A stretch of DNA of 64,000 bases from assembly GCF_964355755.1 (NCBI RefSeq), contig NC_092673.1, forward strand, positions 13,302,948 to 13,366,947, written 5' to 3'. The position numbers and the translations under genes were made by a program. Below, in pieces: positions 1 to 13,228 of the stretch. The notes beneath the pieces are model-generated. The model saw only the letters and a list, made by a program, of their open reading frames with translations. It made no database searches and was not told the origin of the DNA. Every line of letters starts with the position of its first letter. Position 1 is the stretch's first letter. This DNA comes from Antedon mediterranea. Its lineage: Eukaryota; Animalia; Echinodermata.

Positions 1-125
1 CTAATCTGTGTTTTCTTGGCAAAGTTATTGAAAGAGTCGTATCTAAAAGAATATTATCACATGCAAATGACATTCCGTAATTGATCCGTTTCAATCAGAA
101 TACAAAGCACATCACAGTACTATTA
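1..125 (+). pseudogene. LINE (L2/CR1-group) reverse transcriptase fragment
   Basis: Reads NLCFLGKVIERVV...DPFQSEYKAHHST, matching the RT domain 1-2 pattern (SNLxFLxKxLERxV; QSxYRxxHST) of L2-type LINEs. Confidence 0.7.
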
Positions 126-309
126 CACTAAAAGGATAGTTTAATTTTGAATGAGCTACTTTTTGGAAAAGTCATAATTGAAAAGAACTTGCGTATGCGC
201 AAGTTGTCATAACAAGTTGTCAACTTTGTCAACATATACACATTTAACTGAAGTTGTGCAGTCAAGCTTTTATGACGCTGTCACAGCCGCATAGCTGAAA
301 ATCTTAATT

Positions 310-510
310 CGCAGCCTAAATATAGATGCAACAGATGTAATAGACATTATAAATCTTTTTGCAGCCCAGAAAAAATCCTGGTTTAATTCTAAGCATTATG
401 GATGGGCAACAGCTTCCTGAAAGAGGACACGACCCAGATGCAGATGGAGCTAGACCAGACTGGAGTGTGTACCATGCCTGCCGCGAGATGCCAACACAAA
501 ACAGATGATT
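310..510 (+). pseudogene. Decayed KolX/P2X7-ballast-like exon (copy 1)
   Basis: With one frameshift reads KNPGLILSIMDGQQLPERGHDPDADGARPDWSVYHACREMPTQ; compare PEWCICKNCREMP in the 43472-43750 ORF. Near-duplicate of 5897-6127. Confidence 0.55.
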
Positions 511-790
511 GGAGAACTTTATATTAAAAAGCCCCAGAAATGTTGCAAAGAAAGCTTTGTATGGCGAATTAGGTTAGCAATCTTTATCTTTCACTAAAAA
601 TAACTTTAGACTATATCATACTTTAATAGAATAAAAAATATGGCGAATACTAGATGGCCAAGGTTATTATTTAAGGCTATATTATGCAAGTTCAGGATAA
701 TTTAAAATGGAAGTGGTTATGTATTATGAAAGACAATCTCCGCAGGTGTAATTTATTGGATCACTTCAACACTGAACCTGATGCCACTTG

Positions 791-2428
791 GGGCCTGTTT
801 CTGCTGCATAAAAATAACCGGTTAAAATCGGTGTGAATAAATTAAAATTGGTGTGAATAAATTAACTCCATTTTCTTGGCAGCAGAAACAGGACAAATTT
901 GTGGTAACCGGTTAAAAGGCAGCGCAAAATAACCGGTTAAAAACACCAATTTAAATCGGTGTTAGAACGCCGTTTAACCGGTTATCGCTGAGCAATTCTT
1001 AGCTGCAACACGAAATAACGGTTATTTGATTGACAGTTGTGACCCCGGGTCAGATACCGTCGCATACGGTGTGTGTTTTCCTCGTGGGTTTTGACAGTCG
1101 AACGAAGAAGTGAACATGTATGTGGATGAATGAAATCACAAGATATGTTATTCAGTTGTGGAGGGAGAGAAAGTACGGGGTAGAATGGCAGGCAATAGAA
1201 AAGAATCACAGATAATAAATAAGAGCATTTTTGCGAAAGTAAAAGAGGAATTTGGGGTGGAGTTCCGGGGACTACCCAAGCTAAGCAATTTGAGGCGTTA
1301 GTAGTACACGCTCGCGAAGGGTATGGATGGTCCTATATTAACACCAAAACGGAAACAAAAGGGACTCAAAATGTTGCAAATACCTACCAAACGATAGTAG
1401 ATAATGGTTAATTAATTATGAAAACCCAAATTTTATAGCAAAAATCGTCCGAATTTATGTTATAAACGATGAATTTAGCAACAAAAACTTAATCCAAACG
1501 AGCGTATTTATGGCACGCCCTTAGTGCCTTTAATAGGAGAACAATGAACAATCTTAATTTGATCGTTTTATAAAATTTCTTTAGAAAAACATCACATCGA
1601 CCGAAAACAAAGGTTATGAGAGCCTTTGATAATATATTAAATATGATTTTATTAAGCATAGAAATGTGTTATTATTTATGTTAGTACATAATATTATGCG
1701 AAACAATGTTTAATACTCATTATTCTATTAAAGGCACTATGTGCGTGCGATATTCTATGACTTGGATACTCTCGTTTGATTTAAGTTTTTGTGGCTAAAC
1801 TCGTCGTTTTTAACACAAATTCGGACGATTTTTGCTATAAAAGTTAGGGTTTCATGAATCATAATTAATTAACAATTATCTACTCTCGTTTGGTAGGTAT
1901 TGCAACATTCTAAGTCTCGTTTTTGTTTCCGTTTGCTTTTTTGTAGGACCGCGCTCGCGAAAGACAACAGTCGTTCACGTGGTAAGGGCCGTATCATCAT
2001 CGCCTTTGTTGATGAATTTTAGGCTAGATAAAAATTATCCTAGGCGATCGGGCGCTGCACGACCCTCCCCATGTTATTGAAGGCGCCATGAGAATTAATT
2101 TTATTAGCGATCAGTAAGTAGGCTTTACAAAAAACAAAACCTGTAGACCTGTAGACAACATTTTATTATTTTAACATGTTTGAGATGTTCGGCGATATAC
2201 ACACGTGTGTACTGACGACGTCGATGTAAACAAACAGCCAACTTACTACTTCAGTCTGAGTGTATTGCATTTTGGGTAATGATGACGTTTTGCTCGACGA
2301 CCACCCATAGATTTAACCGGTTATTTCGGAGCACAAATTGATCAGAAACGCGGTCTTGTTATTGTTATCTATTTTTAATCTATTTTAAAATAACCGGTTA
2401 AATTGCGTTATGCAGCAGAAACAGACCC
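791..2428. mobile_element. Non-autonomous PIF/Harbinger-like DNA transposon
   Basis: TIRs GGGCCTGTTTCTGCTGCATAA / TTATGCAGCAGAAACAGACCC; 3-bp TSD TTG (788-790, 2429-2431); repeated internal TAACCGGTTA palindromes. Confidence 0.8.
1329..1950. mobile_element. Foldback MITE nested inside the Harbinger element
   Basis: Termini GGTCCTA.../...TAGGACC with imperfect inverted arms over 200 bp (e.g. TACCTACCAAACGA / TCGTTTGGTAGGTA; AAAATCGTCCGAATTT / AAATTCGGACGATTTT). Confidence 0.75.
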
Positions 2429-2716
2429 TTGGTTAAAACAATTTGAAACAGAGAACAAGAGTAATGACTATAAGGAATGGTATGTTAAAGCAAAACCAAG
2501 GTCATCCCTAAGTGATTAATAAAATATAAAGGAGAACTAATGTTTGAGAAGTACCTATTAGATCAGACTAATTTCTTGGGCATCAACCTTAAATGTAAAG
2601 CCCGTACAAACTCCCTTGAACTTGAAGGGAGACAATTGTCATGGTCAGCTTCTTTTTTAATGCGCTGGACTTTCACAAATAAGACATGAGTTGTATAATC
2701 ATCAATCATCAACATA

Positions 2717-5228
2717 GTTCTCGTTGTGAGCGGACGTGTTCATATCGAGCTCCGCTAGGCTACCCATTGTGTGGATACTAGGCATACTGTAGTCTACATG
2801 ATGTGTTCGACCGGGCTACGTGTGCCGCTACTTATTTTGAACTTATTTCTTGGCCTCTATTTTTCAAGTTTTAATATGGGATTTTCATCCAGAAATCAAT
2901 GGCTAAGGCCAGTCGATGGATACTCTGAGCCGGTAAGCTGCAACATTCCTAGCATCGTTGTATGTAAATGTTGGAATTTGTATCAAAGCAGTACGACTAC
3001 GAGTGTTGTTGCATTCCAACGTAGCAGCAGACCGTCAAGGAAGACCTACAGTGCACCACGTTTGCTTTATTCTAATTCCACTGTTACATTCTGTATTCTT
3101 TTAAGTGGCGATGTTGAATCGAATCCAGGTCCAGGTAATACTCAGACATCTTAAGTTAAGGTATACTATCAAAACGTACGTAGCCTGAAGAATAAAATGG
3201 ACGTATACAACTCAGATCTGAATGCACACCTAATTCAGAGCAATTTGGATATTGTCGCACTTACGGAAACATGGTTAAACTGCAACGTGCTCGATTCTGA
3301 ACTTTCCGTTTCTAATTACACTTTATTTCGACGCGATAGAGATACTGATAAACGCGGTGGTGGTATCCTGATGCTAGTGAATAACAAATTTACCTGTAAC
3401 CGAGTGGAACGCCTAGAAAGTGATTCAACGGAGTTCATGTGGATAGAGATTCAGCTAAAGCGGCGTATTAGCCTACTTGTTGGATTATTCTATAGACCAC
3501 CAAACGCTACACCCGATGTCCTCCGTCGTTTTACTTCGTCTGTGGAAATCGCTATGCTCTACTACAAAAACAGTGAATTCCTCATTCTTGGAGATTTCAA
3601 CCTGCCCGAAATTAATTGGAGTAGCAACCCTTATTCTGCTCCAGCTCAGTCCATGGGAGAACACTTACTTGATGTATTGCTTTCTAGCTGTGGCCTATTT
3701 CAATGCAATACGTACTGTACAAGAATGGATAAAATGCTTGATCTTGTTATTTGTAGTAAAAACATTTCCAACAAAGTCTATACTGCTAACGATATTTTTT
3801 TATCTGACCACTCATCTTTGAGAATTGATTTCCGTTTAAATTTTGATGTTAAATGTAGTAATGATAATTTGAATCGTAAAAGTATAATTTACAATTTTAA
3901 AGCACTTGATGTCAATAATCTATGTAATACTCTTAACTGTGTTCCATGGAGTGTCTTAATTGATTTTGAAGGTGATTTAAATGAAGCTTTGGATATGTTT
4001 TATAATTTGTTAAATGCTGCCGTCAATGACACAGTGCCTAAAATTAGAAAGCGCAGAAAGCTTCCTCCGTGGTTTGACAATGAGTTGAGAAGTGCGCTTC
4101 AACTCAAAGAAAAGTATTATAGATATCTGAAAAAAAATAATAATCGGTTAGCCCAAAGTAATTTCAAATTTGCTCGCGCGTGCAATAAAAAGTACAAAGA
4201 TTACTTGGACTCTTTGGCTAAGCAAATTGTCACTAACAGTAAAAGATTCTGGAGCTGGATGAAAACTAAATACAAGTCAAATAATCTTCCTTCTGTCATG
4301 AGTCACGATAACATTTCATTCCAGTCTAATTATGATAAAGCTACCACATTTAATTCTTATTTTCATTCTTTTTTCAGTGAGCCTTCTCCGGACGTTCCCC
4401 GGGACTATCCAGGTCTTCCTGACTATGCGGTGGATAACTTAAGTTCTCTGTCTGTGAATCAGCATTCTGTGGAAAAGGCACTTAGTAACATTGATATCAA
4501 TAAAGCTACTGGCATTGATCAGATTAGTAACGTTGTCTTAAAGGGTGCCTCCTCCTCACTCTCTTATCCGCTTTGCAAATTGTTTCAGCTATCTATTAAT
4601 TCTGGGGTTTTTCCTTCATCTTGGAAACACGCTAATATTGTCCCAATTCACAAGAGTGGTCCCAAAAAACTAATCTGTAGTGTAACTATCGTCCTATTTC
4701 GTTATTGCCTACTATGAGCGCATTGTGCATGATGGTTTGTCATCACATGTTGCTAATGCTTTAAGTCCTAGGCAGCATGGTTTTGTCTCTGGGAGATCAT
4801 GTCAAACCAACCTCGCACTGCTTCTTGCTACATCATACGATGCAATTAACAGCAAGAAGCAGTGCGATGTGATTTACACTGATTTCTCTAAGGCTTTTGA
4901 TTCCGTTTCCCATGATTTGCTTATTTTTAAACTTTCAAAATTTGGTTTATCCGGTTCACTGTTAAGTTGGTTTAAAAGCTATTTAACTAATAGACAACAG
5001 CGTGTTGTCATTGGGGGAGAGACATCTGATTGGCTCCCTGTGTTATCGGGCGTTCCGCAGGGCTCGATCCTGGGCCCGCTTTTGTTTAATTTATTTATCA
5101 ACGATCTTCCTTTAAAATTTAATCATTCCGAGTCTCTTTTATTTGCTGACGATCTGAAATTGTTTAAAGTGATTACCACTCCACAGGATGCTTTTTCACT
5201 TCAGGAGGACCTGATTGAAATTATGTGA
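2717..5228 (+). mobile_element. Non-LTR retrotransposon (CR1/L2/Jockey group): 2A-like peptide + APE endonuclease + RT, disrupted and 3'-truncated
   Basis: APE motifs YQNVRSL, ALTETWL, RRDR..RGGG, YRPP, GDFN, SDH. RT motifs QHGF, YTDFSKAFDSV, SGVPQGSILGPLLF, FADD. In-frame stop at 3152-3154, frameshift near 4670-4720; homology ends shortly after FADD. Confidence 0.93.
3107..3133 (+). other. 2A-like ribosome-skipping motif GDVESNPG/P
   Basis: ILLSGDVESNPGP fits the D(V/I)ExNPGP consensus and lies in frame directly before the APE domain. Confidence 0.85.
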
Positions 5229-5896
5229 CCTATTTACCTACCACAAAATATGTTCAAAAGATCTCACCCTTCTTTATGATACCATAAAGGCCACTAAACA
5301 GTTTGCTATTGTAGACAAACTTCAAATTCACATTCCATCTTTTCCTGATGTTAAAGAATGCATTATTTCAAACTTCAGTCGAATTCAAGAGTTGAATTTA
5401 GGAAATGAACATAGCAGACGAAAAAAAATTGATAATGTGTACAAGAATTATAATTTAAGATGGTGGGGGAGGGGTTGATTCTCCATCTACGGATTTAAAC
5501 TTGTGCAGAAATTTAATTTCACCGATTTATTTAGTGGTCATCACTTTTTTGTCAGTGGCACACACTGTCGTTAGTGATGCAACCAAAATAAAACTATTGA
5601 GCAAAATGATGTTGCTTTACATTTTTCTACTTGTATATATTGAAAGGGATCTTTAAGCAGCATCAGCGAAACATTAAAAAAAACAAAGATGGAACTACAA
5701 GGTATAGTTTTCAGTTAAATTGGTTTTTTTTTTATTGAAAGGTGAGTTTCTTTATATCAACTATACTAAAAAATAATTGGGAATTTGAATACAGTTGACC
5801 ATGACTGCAATTCACCTTTACAATTTACTTTAAATTAATATTAGTTTTATAAAATAATTTTAATATGGTAAATAAAACAGTGTATTTAATTTGCAG

Positions 5897-6127
5897 TCTA
5901 AATATAAATGAAAAAGACATTAAAAATATTTAAAGTGGCAGCCCAGAAAAATCCTGGTTTAATTATAAGCATTATGAATGGGCAACAACACCCTGAAAGA
6001 GGACACCACCCAGATACAGATGGAGCTAGACCCGACTGGAGTGTGTGCCATGCCTGCCGCGAGATGCCAACACAAAACAGATGATTATGTTATAGGTACA
6101 ATCTTGATTGCACATCAATACTTCCAG
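5897..6127 (+). pseudogene. Decayed KolX/P2X7-ballast-like exon (copy 2)
   Basis: Bounded by ttgcag acceptor and gtaagt donor; reads AQKNPGLIISIMNG...RPDWSVCHACREMPTQNR* then (frameshift) LCYRYNLDCTSILP. Confidence 0.55.
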
Positions 6128-6840
6128 TAAGTACAGTATGTATAGCAATCAATAACTGATGCAAACATCGGACATACCGTTACATTCAGTAACGTTGACG
6201 TTTAGATATACAATGACGCACAACAAGTAAAGTCTTTGGACTTGACAACCGTAAGGGTAAGAACTTAATTATCAAAAAATGTATTCAAAATCGCATATTA
6301 CTGTTTACAACATAAAAATGTTTGTTCCCCATAGCCAATTGAAAGTTGCAAGATAAGTTCTATCTATATCTAGCTATTTGAGCAAATCACTACAGCTTCT
6401 CTCCTCTTTGCACAATTAATACGCTTACATGATGACAAAAGATAAAGTTTATCCTTTAAACTTTGCTTCATGTACAGGTTGATGAATATGAACACACTTT
6501 GGTAATCACTGCTGTCAATGATGAAATAGATTCAGAAAAACATCAAAATGTAAATGACTTAATTCATGACCAAGGCATCTTCGTACAGTACTGTATTCTC
6601 ACTTATAGCAATAAGAATGCGATGTCATATGTGTTTTACCGACAGTATGCAATAAACAATTAGGTATCGCTATCAGTAGTAGGTGCACATGTACTCTATT
6701 TCGCTTACTCGAAACTTTTACTGAAAATTATTCATGGCATCAAACCAAATCAAGAATTTAATGCTAGCGAAAGTTTCTGGTTTTACAGTAAGTGAAGGTG
6801 CAAATTCTGGTAGAAACAATAAAGGAGACCCTAGTTATAT

Positions 6841-9800
6841 GGGTCATTCCATCAGGTTGGGATACAGGGTAATTATACTAATGCAGCTCATTTAAATCAT
6901 TATTGTATGATTATGAAAATGTTCCTGTTCAACATACAGCACAATCAGATTGACCTATTAATAAGCTACAAAATGAGACCAAACACGATCAAATCGGATA
7001 CAATTTTGTGATATTTTTTTATGAATAAGTATGGTGTTTAAGACGTTTTTAACACAAAATTGTGTTACAATAAAGAAGATGGATATATAAATATGTTTTT
7101 ATGTACGAATACATCGCCATGTTGATTTATTTTGTTCATTTTATAATGTTAAAATATCCCAAATTTATCATACAAAAGCAAATTTTCACGTCTCAAAACT
7201 TTAAACTGACAGACTGTGGTTACCAAAAAACCCCTCTTCGACGTAACATTGGTGTCAATTTGGGTCACAGTATGTTACGTCGATAAAGGGGTGTTATAAT
7301 GGTCATTCTTACAATAGACTCATAATTATATCATGCTTGACACATTTTAATATGTGTCTGTTATCAAAATAATACAAACAGAAATATACAATATTTGAAA
7401 AAAATTCAAAATCGATCAAAAGAAAAACAGCATATAACGATGGTGTTAACCGACATTTCTGTTACGTCGAAGTACTTATCCACAAAATACATAGTTAAAT
7501 ACCCTACTGTGTGAAGTGGAATAGTCCTGTGGTGATACCCAGGGAAGTTCTAAGAATAATAATAAAAAAGTTTTCTCGCTGCTTTCGCGGAGTTTCTTGA
7601 TACTGTTGTCAGGAGTTAACGACTCCATGTTACGTCGAAGTGGTTAGGTTACGTCGAATTCCTGATAATTGTGGCCAACGTCAACAGTGTGTAAGTATAT
7701 TTCTCTTTTTATTTGTAATTTTTACGAGGTATGTTATTACTTTACATAGTAAGATACGACATTAGAAATGTCACATAATTTGACAGGCACAGAGACGGTC
7801 AAGTGGGAGCCCTTGACGTATGTATACGGCGTCAATGTTACATCGAACTACCACGTTTCAGTGCTTAGATTTTTAGTGCTAACGTTTAAAATATCATCCT
7901 GTAATGTTCAGGAGGTAATATTTAGGTGTTGTTTTTCGGTTTACGTGTATTTTCATAAGTTCATAATGCGTGTAAGAATGAATACATAGTGAGAAAGCTC
8001 AGTATAGCCTAGACCTCTAGGCCCTAGTCTTCCACTGTTATCTTGTGGTAGTTTACCGTTCGGGCCACCACGGACCAACCTGGCGATCTTGGCATGGACG
8101 TTTGGACCCATTTAAGGACGATCTTGCCTACCAAGTTTGATAGATTGGCCAAGCTTTAAAAAAATCTAAAAACGCATTATCGCATTGTCAATACTTTACA
8201 GCAAATACCACCCACACGCACAATAACCCCTCCCCCCGGCCAACGCCCCGAAACCCCCCCCCCCCCCCACCCGCCCCCATTTTTTTTTTTTTTTTTTTTT
8301 TAATTTAATTTTTTTTTTTACAGTAATGCCACCACCGCTGAGGCTACGGATTCGACTTAAGTCAAGCAAAACAGTAGTACCTGTAGTGCCTTAAGACCCT
8401 AAAACATGTGAATTGTCATCAACACCCGGTTTTGGTCAACCTTTATTGAAGTCTTACAGACAGAAATTAAAGCTGCTGTGGGACCCAAGGAACATAGTAA
8501 AACAAAAGAAGCAACAAGTTCAGGTATTCCAATATAATTTAATATTAATTATTCACCTAGCCATGATCTTACGAAATTAAATCACTGTACAGTACATTTA
8601 TTGTAAAGGTGGTTTCCACAAAATGCAATTTATTAACTGGTTTACTTATATGTATACAGATGAAGATGAACAAGACAGTGTACATGACAATGAGACATAC
8701 AGTGTACAAGATGATGATGGAACAGACAGCACAGATGAGAACAGAGAAATAAACAAGGACTCAGTCTGTATATCTTCTGGTGTAGTAGGTATGTTGCTCA
8801 TTTGTGCAATTTATGAAATACAGCTGCTTTTCCTCTGGAAAGTCCATGTAGTGTACAGTACTATTAGTATTAAATGAAACCACAATATGTACTTTGTCAG
8901 GTACAATTTATAGCATCATCATCATCTGTTCACTTGGACATCATTTGTAGACTTTTTGTTTAATACACCCTCTTTGAACAGATTCCATACCGTATACGGG
9001 TGTTTATTTAAATTTGTTTTATTTAATCTTCCAGTTGGTGACTATGTTGCTGTGATATATAATGATGATTGGTGGCCAGGACAGGTACTTGAAGTTGGTG
9101 ATATGTGCTGCATCAGCTTCCTGGAAAAGAAGGGGGAAAACAAATTTATATGGCCTGTGGAGTGGAGAAAGATTGGATTGCACAGAGCCGTATATTTGCT
9201 AAGATTCCTTCTCCACCTATGCCAGTTACAAGTCGTTTCCTTGGCTTTGATTCAGCAAATGTCAGTTCCATCACATCTAGAGTGAACAACTACCTGAAAG
9301 CAAACAGAAAATAGTAGTGAGTGTCTTCCAGCTGCTGATTTTTCAATGGCTTTTGCCATGTTGATGTTAAATAATGCTGACGTAACATAAACATGGTGTC
9401 AATGTTACGTCCACAAACATTATTTCAGTTAAATCATAAAATACAACAAAAAATATAAAATACAAAAAAATATATAAAATACATAAAATACATTTTTAGC
9501 ATATAGAACTTGAAAATGTTCATAGGACTAATTTAATAATTACATATTTGTAGTTTATACTTACTGTTGATTATGTAACATAAACATGGTGTCAATGTTA
9601 CGTCCACACTTATTCATTTAGATCAACGAGTGTCCAAATATAGGCACTTTGGAGCTTACCAAAAGCTTCAATAATTGATATACTGTTGTAAATACAGGAA
9701 CTGCATCTCAATAATAGTTATATTTCAATATGTAACTTGTAGAAACCATCAAATGATAAACACTGCATTTTTTTCATGGGATGATCTGAACAAAAGGTAA

Positions 9801-10554
9801 TCTTTGCATAAAATATTTATTAATTCATCTCAAGAAGTTGAATTAGAAATACATTTTTTTATTATAGAACTTACAAATGTCCATAGGACTAATTTATTAA
9901 TTACATATTTGTAGTTTATACTTACAGTTGGGTTCATTTTCTATGTTGATGATTATGTAACATTGACACGGTGTCAATGTTACATTATGTTACGTCCGCA
10001 ATAATTCATTTAAATCAATAAGCGTAAAAAAATAGCCACTTTGGAGCTTACCAAAAGTTTCAATCAATGATATACTGTTGTAAATGAGGGAAATGTTACT
10101 CAATAATAGTTATATTTTCAATGCGTGTGTAACTTTAGGAAACTTCAAAATAAAACTCTGCACTTTATTGAAAATGACAAGAATGATTATGTTGTATATA
10201 CCTCCATTTTTCATTATACCCATAGAAATGTTGTTAAAAAGTTAATTATTGGAAGAAGTTATTGTAAAATGATTCTTTTAAAGTAAATTTGAACTGATGA
10301 AATTTGAATTTTTATTAATTAAAGAATATTGGAAATTCAAATTTGGCGTCAATGTTACGTCCATATTTTTTCAGAATGTTAAGTCATAATATCAAGTACC
10401 GACTAAATACTTGTGATTTGTTGACTAAAATTTTTGTTGAAAATAAAACTTGGATAGTTGTACCATGAAAAAAGTGTCAAAGATTGTCTTTATTAGCATC
10501 TTGAAATTTTCACTTTCATGTAACACACTGTATCCCAACCTGATGGAGTGACCC
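6841..10554. mobile_element. Non-autonomous DNA transposon with 4-bp TSD (Sola-like)
   Basis: ~27-bp TIR GGGTCA(T/C)TCCATCAGGTTGGGATACAG; ATAT on both sides (6837-6840, 10555-10558); many internal TGTTACGTC motifs; internal duplication ~9480-9720 / 9850-10115. Confidence 0.8.
8660..9314 (+). pseudogene. Residual 3' exons inside the Sola-like element: acidic linker plus Tudor-like domain
   Basis: GDYVAVIYNDDWWPGQVLEV...ISFLEKKGENKFIWP...DWI with a frameshift; GT-AG bounded exons. Confidence 0.5.
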
Positions 10555-10980
10555 ATATGTGACGCAGAACCATGTCTCAGAACCGATGATGTCTGGATTG
10601 GATGTGATGTTTGTGGTCGATGCTATCAAAAGAACATTTTATTATTTTCAAAATGCATACTACATAAGTGAAGGAGTAAATCCTTCTTTAATTACAAAAG
10701 ACATGGCAGAAACAATGTAGAGGACCCTGGTCAAATGTGACACAGAATCATGTCTTGGAATCAGTCTGGATGTGATGTTTGTGGTCGATGGTATCACAAG
10801 AACATTTATCTTTTTCAAAATGCATACTACATAAGTGAAGGAGTAAATCCTTCTTTAATTACAAAAGACATGGCAGAAACAATGTAGGGGACTGTAGTTA
10901 TATGTGACACAGAATCATGTCTTGGAATCGGTCTGGATTGGATGTGATGTTTGTGGTCGATAGTATTAAAAGAACATTCA
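10555..10980 (+). repeat. Tandem ~180-bp repeat (about 3 copies) with PHD-like remnant
   Basis: Three copies of TGTGACxCAGAAxCATGTCT...GATGTGATGTTTGTGGTCGAT; first copy reads WIGCDVCGRCY. The 5' part of unit 1 lies at ~6788-6840. Confidence 0.65.
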
Positions 10981-12459
10981 AATTCAATCAACTGAACAGG
11001 AGTGCGATATTTACATCGCAAGATATCGGTAAATCTAGTCACCTGCTAGATTTCTATATTTTATTTGTACAAATGTTTGTCACAGCATTTCGTGGGAGAA
11101 TTTTTAAGAGTAGTCCAGAATGTCTGTACTTTTTTTATTTTCCGATTATCACTCAATATAAATCAAGTTACAATACTTTCTGATTGGTCCACAGTTGCAT
11201 GACCTGACAGGCAAAAACCTAGAGTTATCAGTGTGCTAAAATTGACGTGTTGAACACCACACCGGAGTGGATGAATGAAGTGCATCCTCAGAGACATAGG
11301 TCTGAGTCACTATTTGCCTAACTGAAGAGTTGCATTATATAGATATAGAAACTATTGAAACAGAAGAACAAGAACATCAGCCCATTTAGAAACAAGAACG
11401 GTGGAGTAGAGTAAAAAGAACATCAATATACCTTCAAGATATTGGGGTGGCAGAATTCAATGTAGATAATTCAATGGTGGAAAGCTTGTGGGTTTATAGG
11501 CCTTTGACATAACTGACATTTTTCAAAAATCACCATTTTAGCTGTTTGGCCTATTGAGGGAATGATACAACTTTTGGTGTATTTAGTATTTCAAATTTAT
11601 AACTAAGAATATAATTTTAATGTAAGTAAACGTTGCGACAAAGAAATGGTTTTGTGCCAAATCTATTGTTTACTGCGCAACAACTTATAACCTTGATGGC
11701 TACGCTTAGATTGGCATGATTTCATATTTTAGTACTATGGCGATGAACAACAATTTATGCGACGATGAAGAAGATTTTTATTATAACTTTTCTTATGAGG
11801 AATTTGAATTAAACGATCTACCAGAAATAGATACAGTTTTGTGAAGAGGTTGGCTTGGCCGTCGAGGGGGGTTAATACTGTGTGATTTAGACCATGGAGG
11901 AATGTAATGTTACACCAACTATGAAGTCATGTTTGGAGGCACAATCCAATATTGTTGCAGAAAAAATAATCATTCCTTGAAGCTAATGGCAACATGTTAC
12001 TGTGCATTGGCAAAAGCCAAGCAATTGGAGCTTTGTCAGACCTGGTGGAAGAAGATAAAAAGAAATTTGGGGAAAGTGGTTACTCAAGATGCTGAACAAA
12101 GATGCAGAAAGACTGGACATCATTCAACAACTGACTTTCCAGTATTATCAAAGGCATAAAAAACAGAAGGTGTGGAGATCTTGCGAAATTTGTGATTCAA
12201 TAGACAATGGAAATAGAGATTAAGTAAATTTAAGTATAAATGTTGATTTATTTAATTTCACAATTGTTAAAAATTGTAATTAAAAAGAAAAAGATTTCTT
12301 AAAGTCATTGTTAACAAATTATCTGTAAAATTATATATATTAAAGCATTATAATATTTTATGTAATTTTATTAAATCCTAAATGTTGTTCATAATCATAG
12401 GTAAAATTTTAATGCAATTCGCACTAGTAACAAAATAGGTGGTGGACGATACTGTATTA

Positions 12460-13228
12460 CCGTAGTTCCTCGGGTATAATCCCACCCCCGACTTTACGAT
12501 TACCTTCTCACGCAAGCATATCCCCGGGCAAAGTCCCAGTGTATAATTCAATATTAGGCCAGAGGTGGGCCTAGGCCTACTGTAGCTAGCTAGGCCGACG
12601 TCAATATTTTTAAAGAAATTCTCACCAAAAAATAGATTAATTTCTCTGAATTTGGCTGACTTAAAACTCATCAAACATTGTTAAGTTGAATACAACCTTA
12701 AGGCTAGCATGTCCCGATCGTCACGCTCTGTACATCGCCGTGTACATTCTTATTTGTTGTTTACACTACTGCATGCTTGATTACCGTAAAAAAAACACCG
12801 CCCTCTATACCAACCGGCTTGTGCAGTAGTTTGTGTCACATGCAACAACATGCAATTTACACAGAGAGCTCGAGCGTGGGTGAACCGCCGGGAGACGGAG
12901 AACTCGTATGATCGATTTCATGTCGATTTAGGAAGCTATAGGCCTAGATCACATTTTAGGGTATTTTTTAAGTAGAAATCTGGTGGAAAATCTATACGGT
13001 AGGCATAGCACAGGTAAGACCAATTAGGCCGCCTACAGTAGGTCTAGATGGCCTGGCCGTCTAATTGCTAGGCCTAGCCTACATCGGAATATAGCTTTAG
13101 ATCGTAGCTAGAAGAAATATCGTCATTTTCAATTCATGCAGTGGGAAATCCCAGGGTATAGTCCCACCTACCAAATTCGGGCAAATTTCACGTACAAGGG
13201 GGGTGGGATTATACCCGGGGAACTACGG
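12460..13228. mobile_element. Tc1/mariner-pogo type MITE
   Basis: TIR CCGTAGTTCC(T/C)CGGGTATAATCCCACCCC; TA on both sides. Confidence 0.85.

Larger units (their letters stand above)
515..2640 (+). pseudogene. Old LINE ORF2 C-terminal remnant (about 515-790 joined to 2429-2640), split by a Harbinger MITE
   Basis: Reading continues across the MITE target site (...NTEPDAT|WLKQFETE...). Contains LYGELG-like and KARTNSLELE motifs typical of LINE ORF2 C-termini; many stops. Confidence 0.45.

Noticed and set aside
3477-3821. Overlapping 114-aa ORF in the LINE
   Set aside because: Alternative frame of the APE domain with no recognisable motif
10555-10980. CRISPR-like array
   Set aside because: Eukaryotic context; whole units are duplicated with no unique spacers
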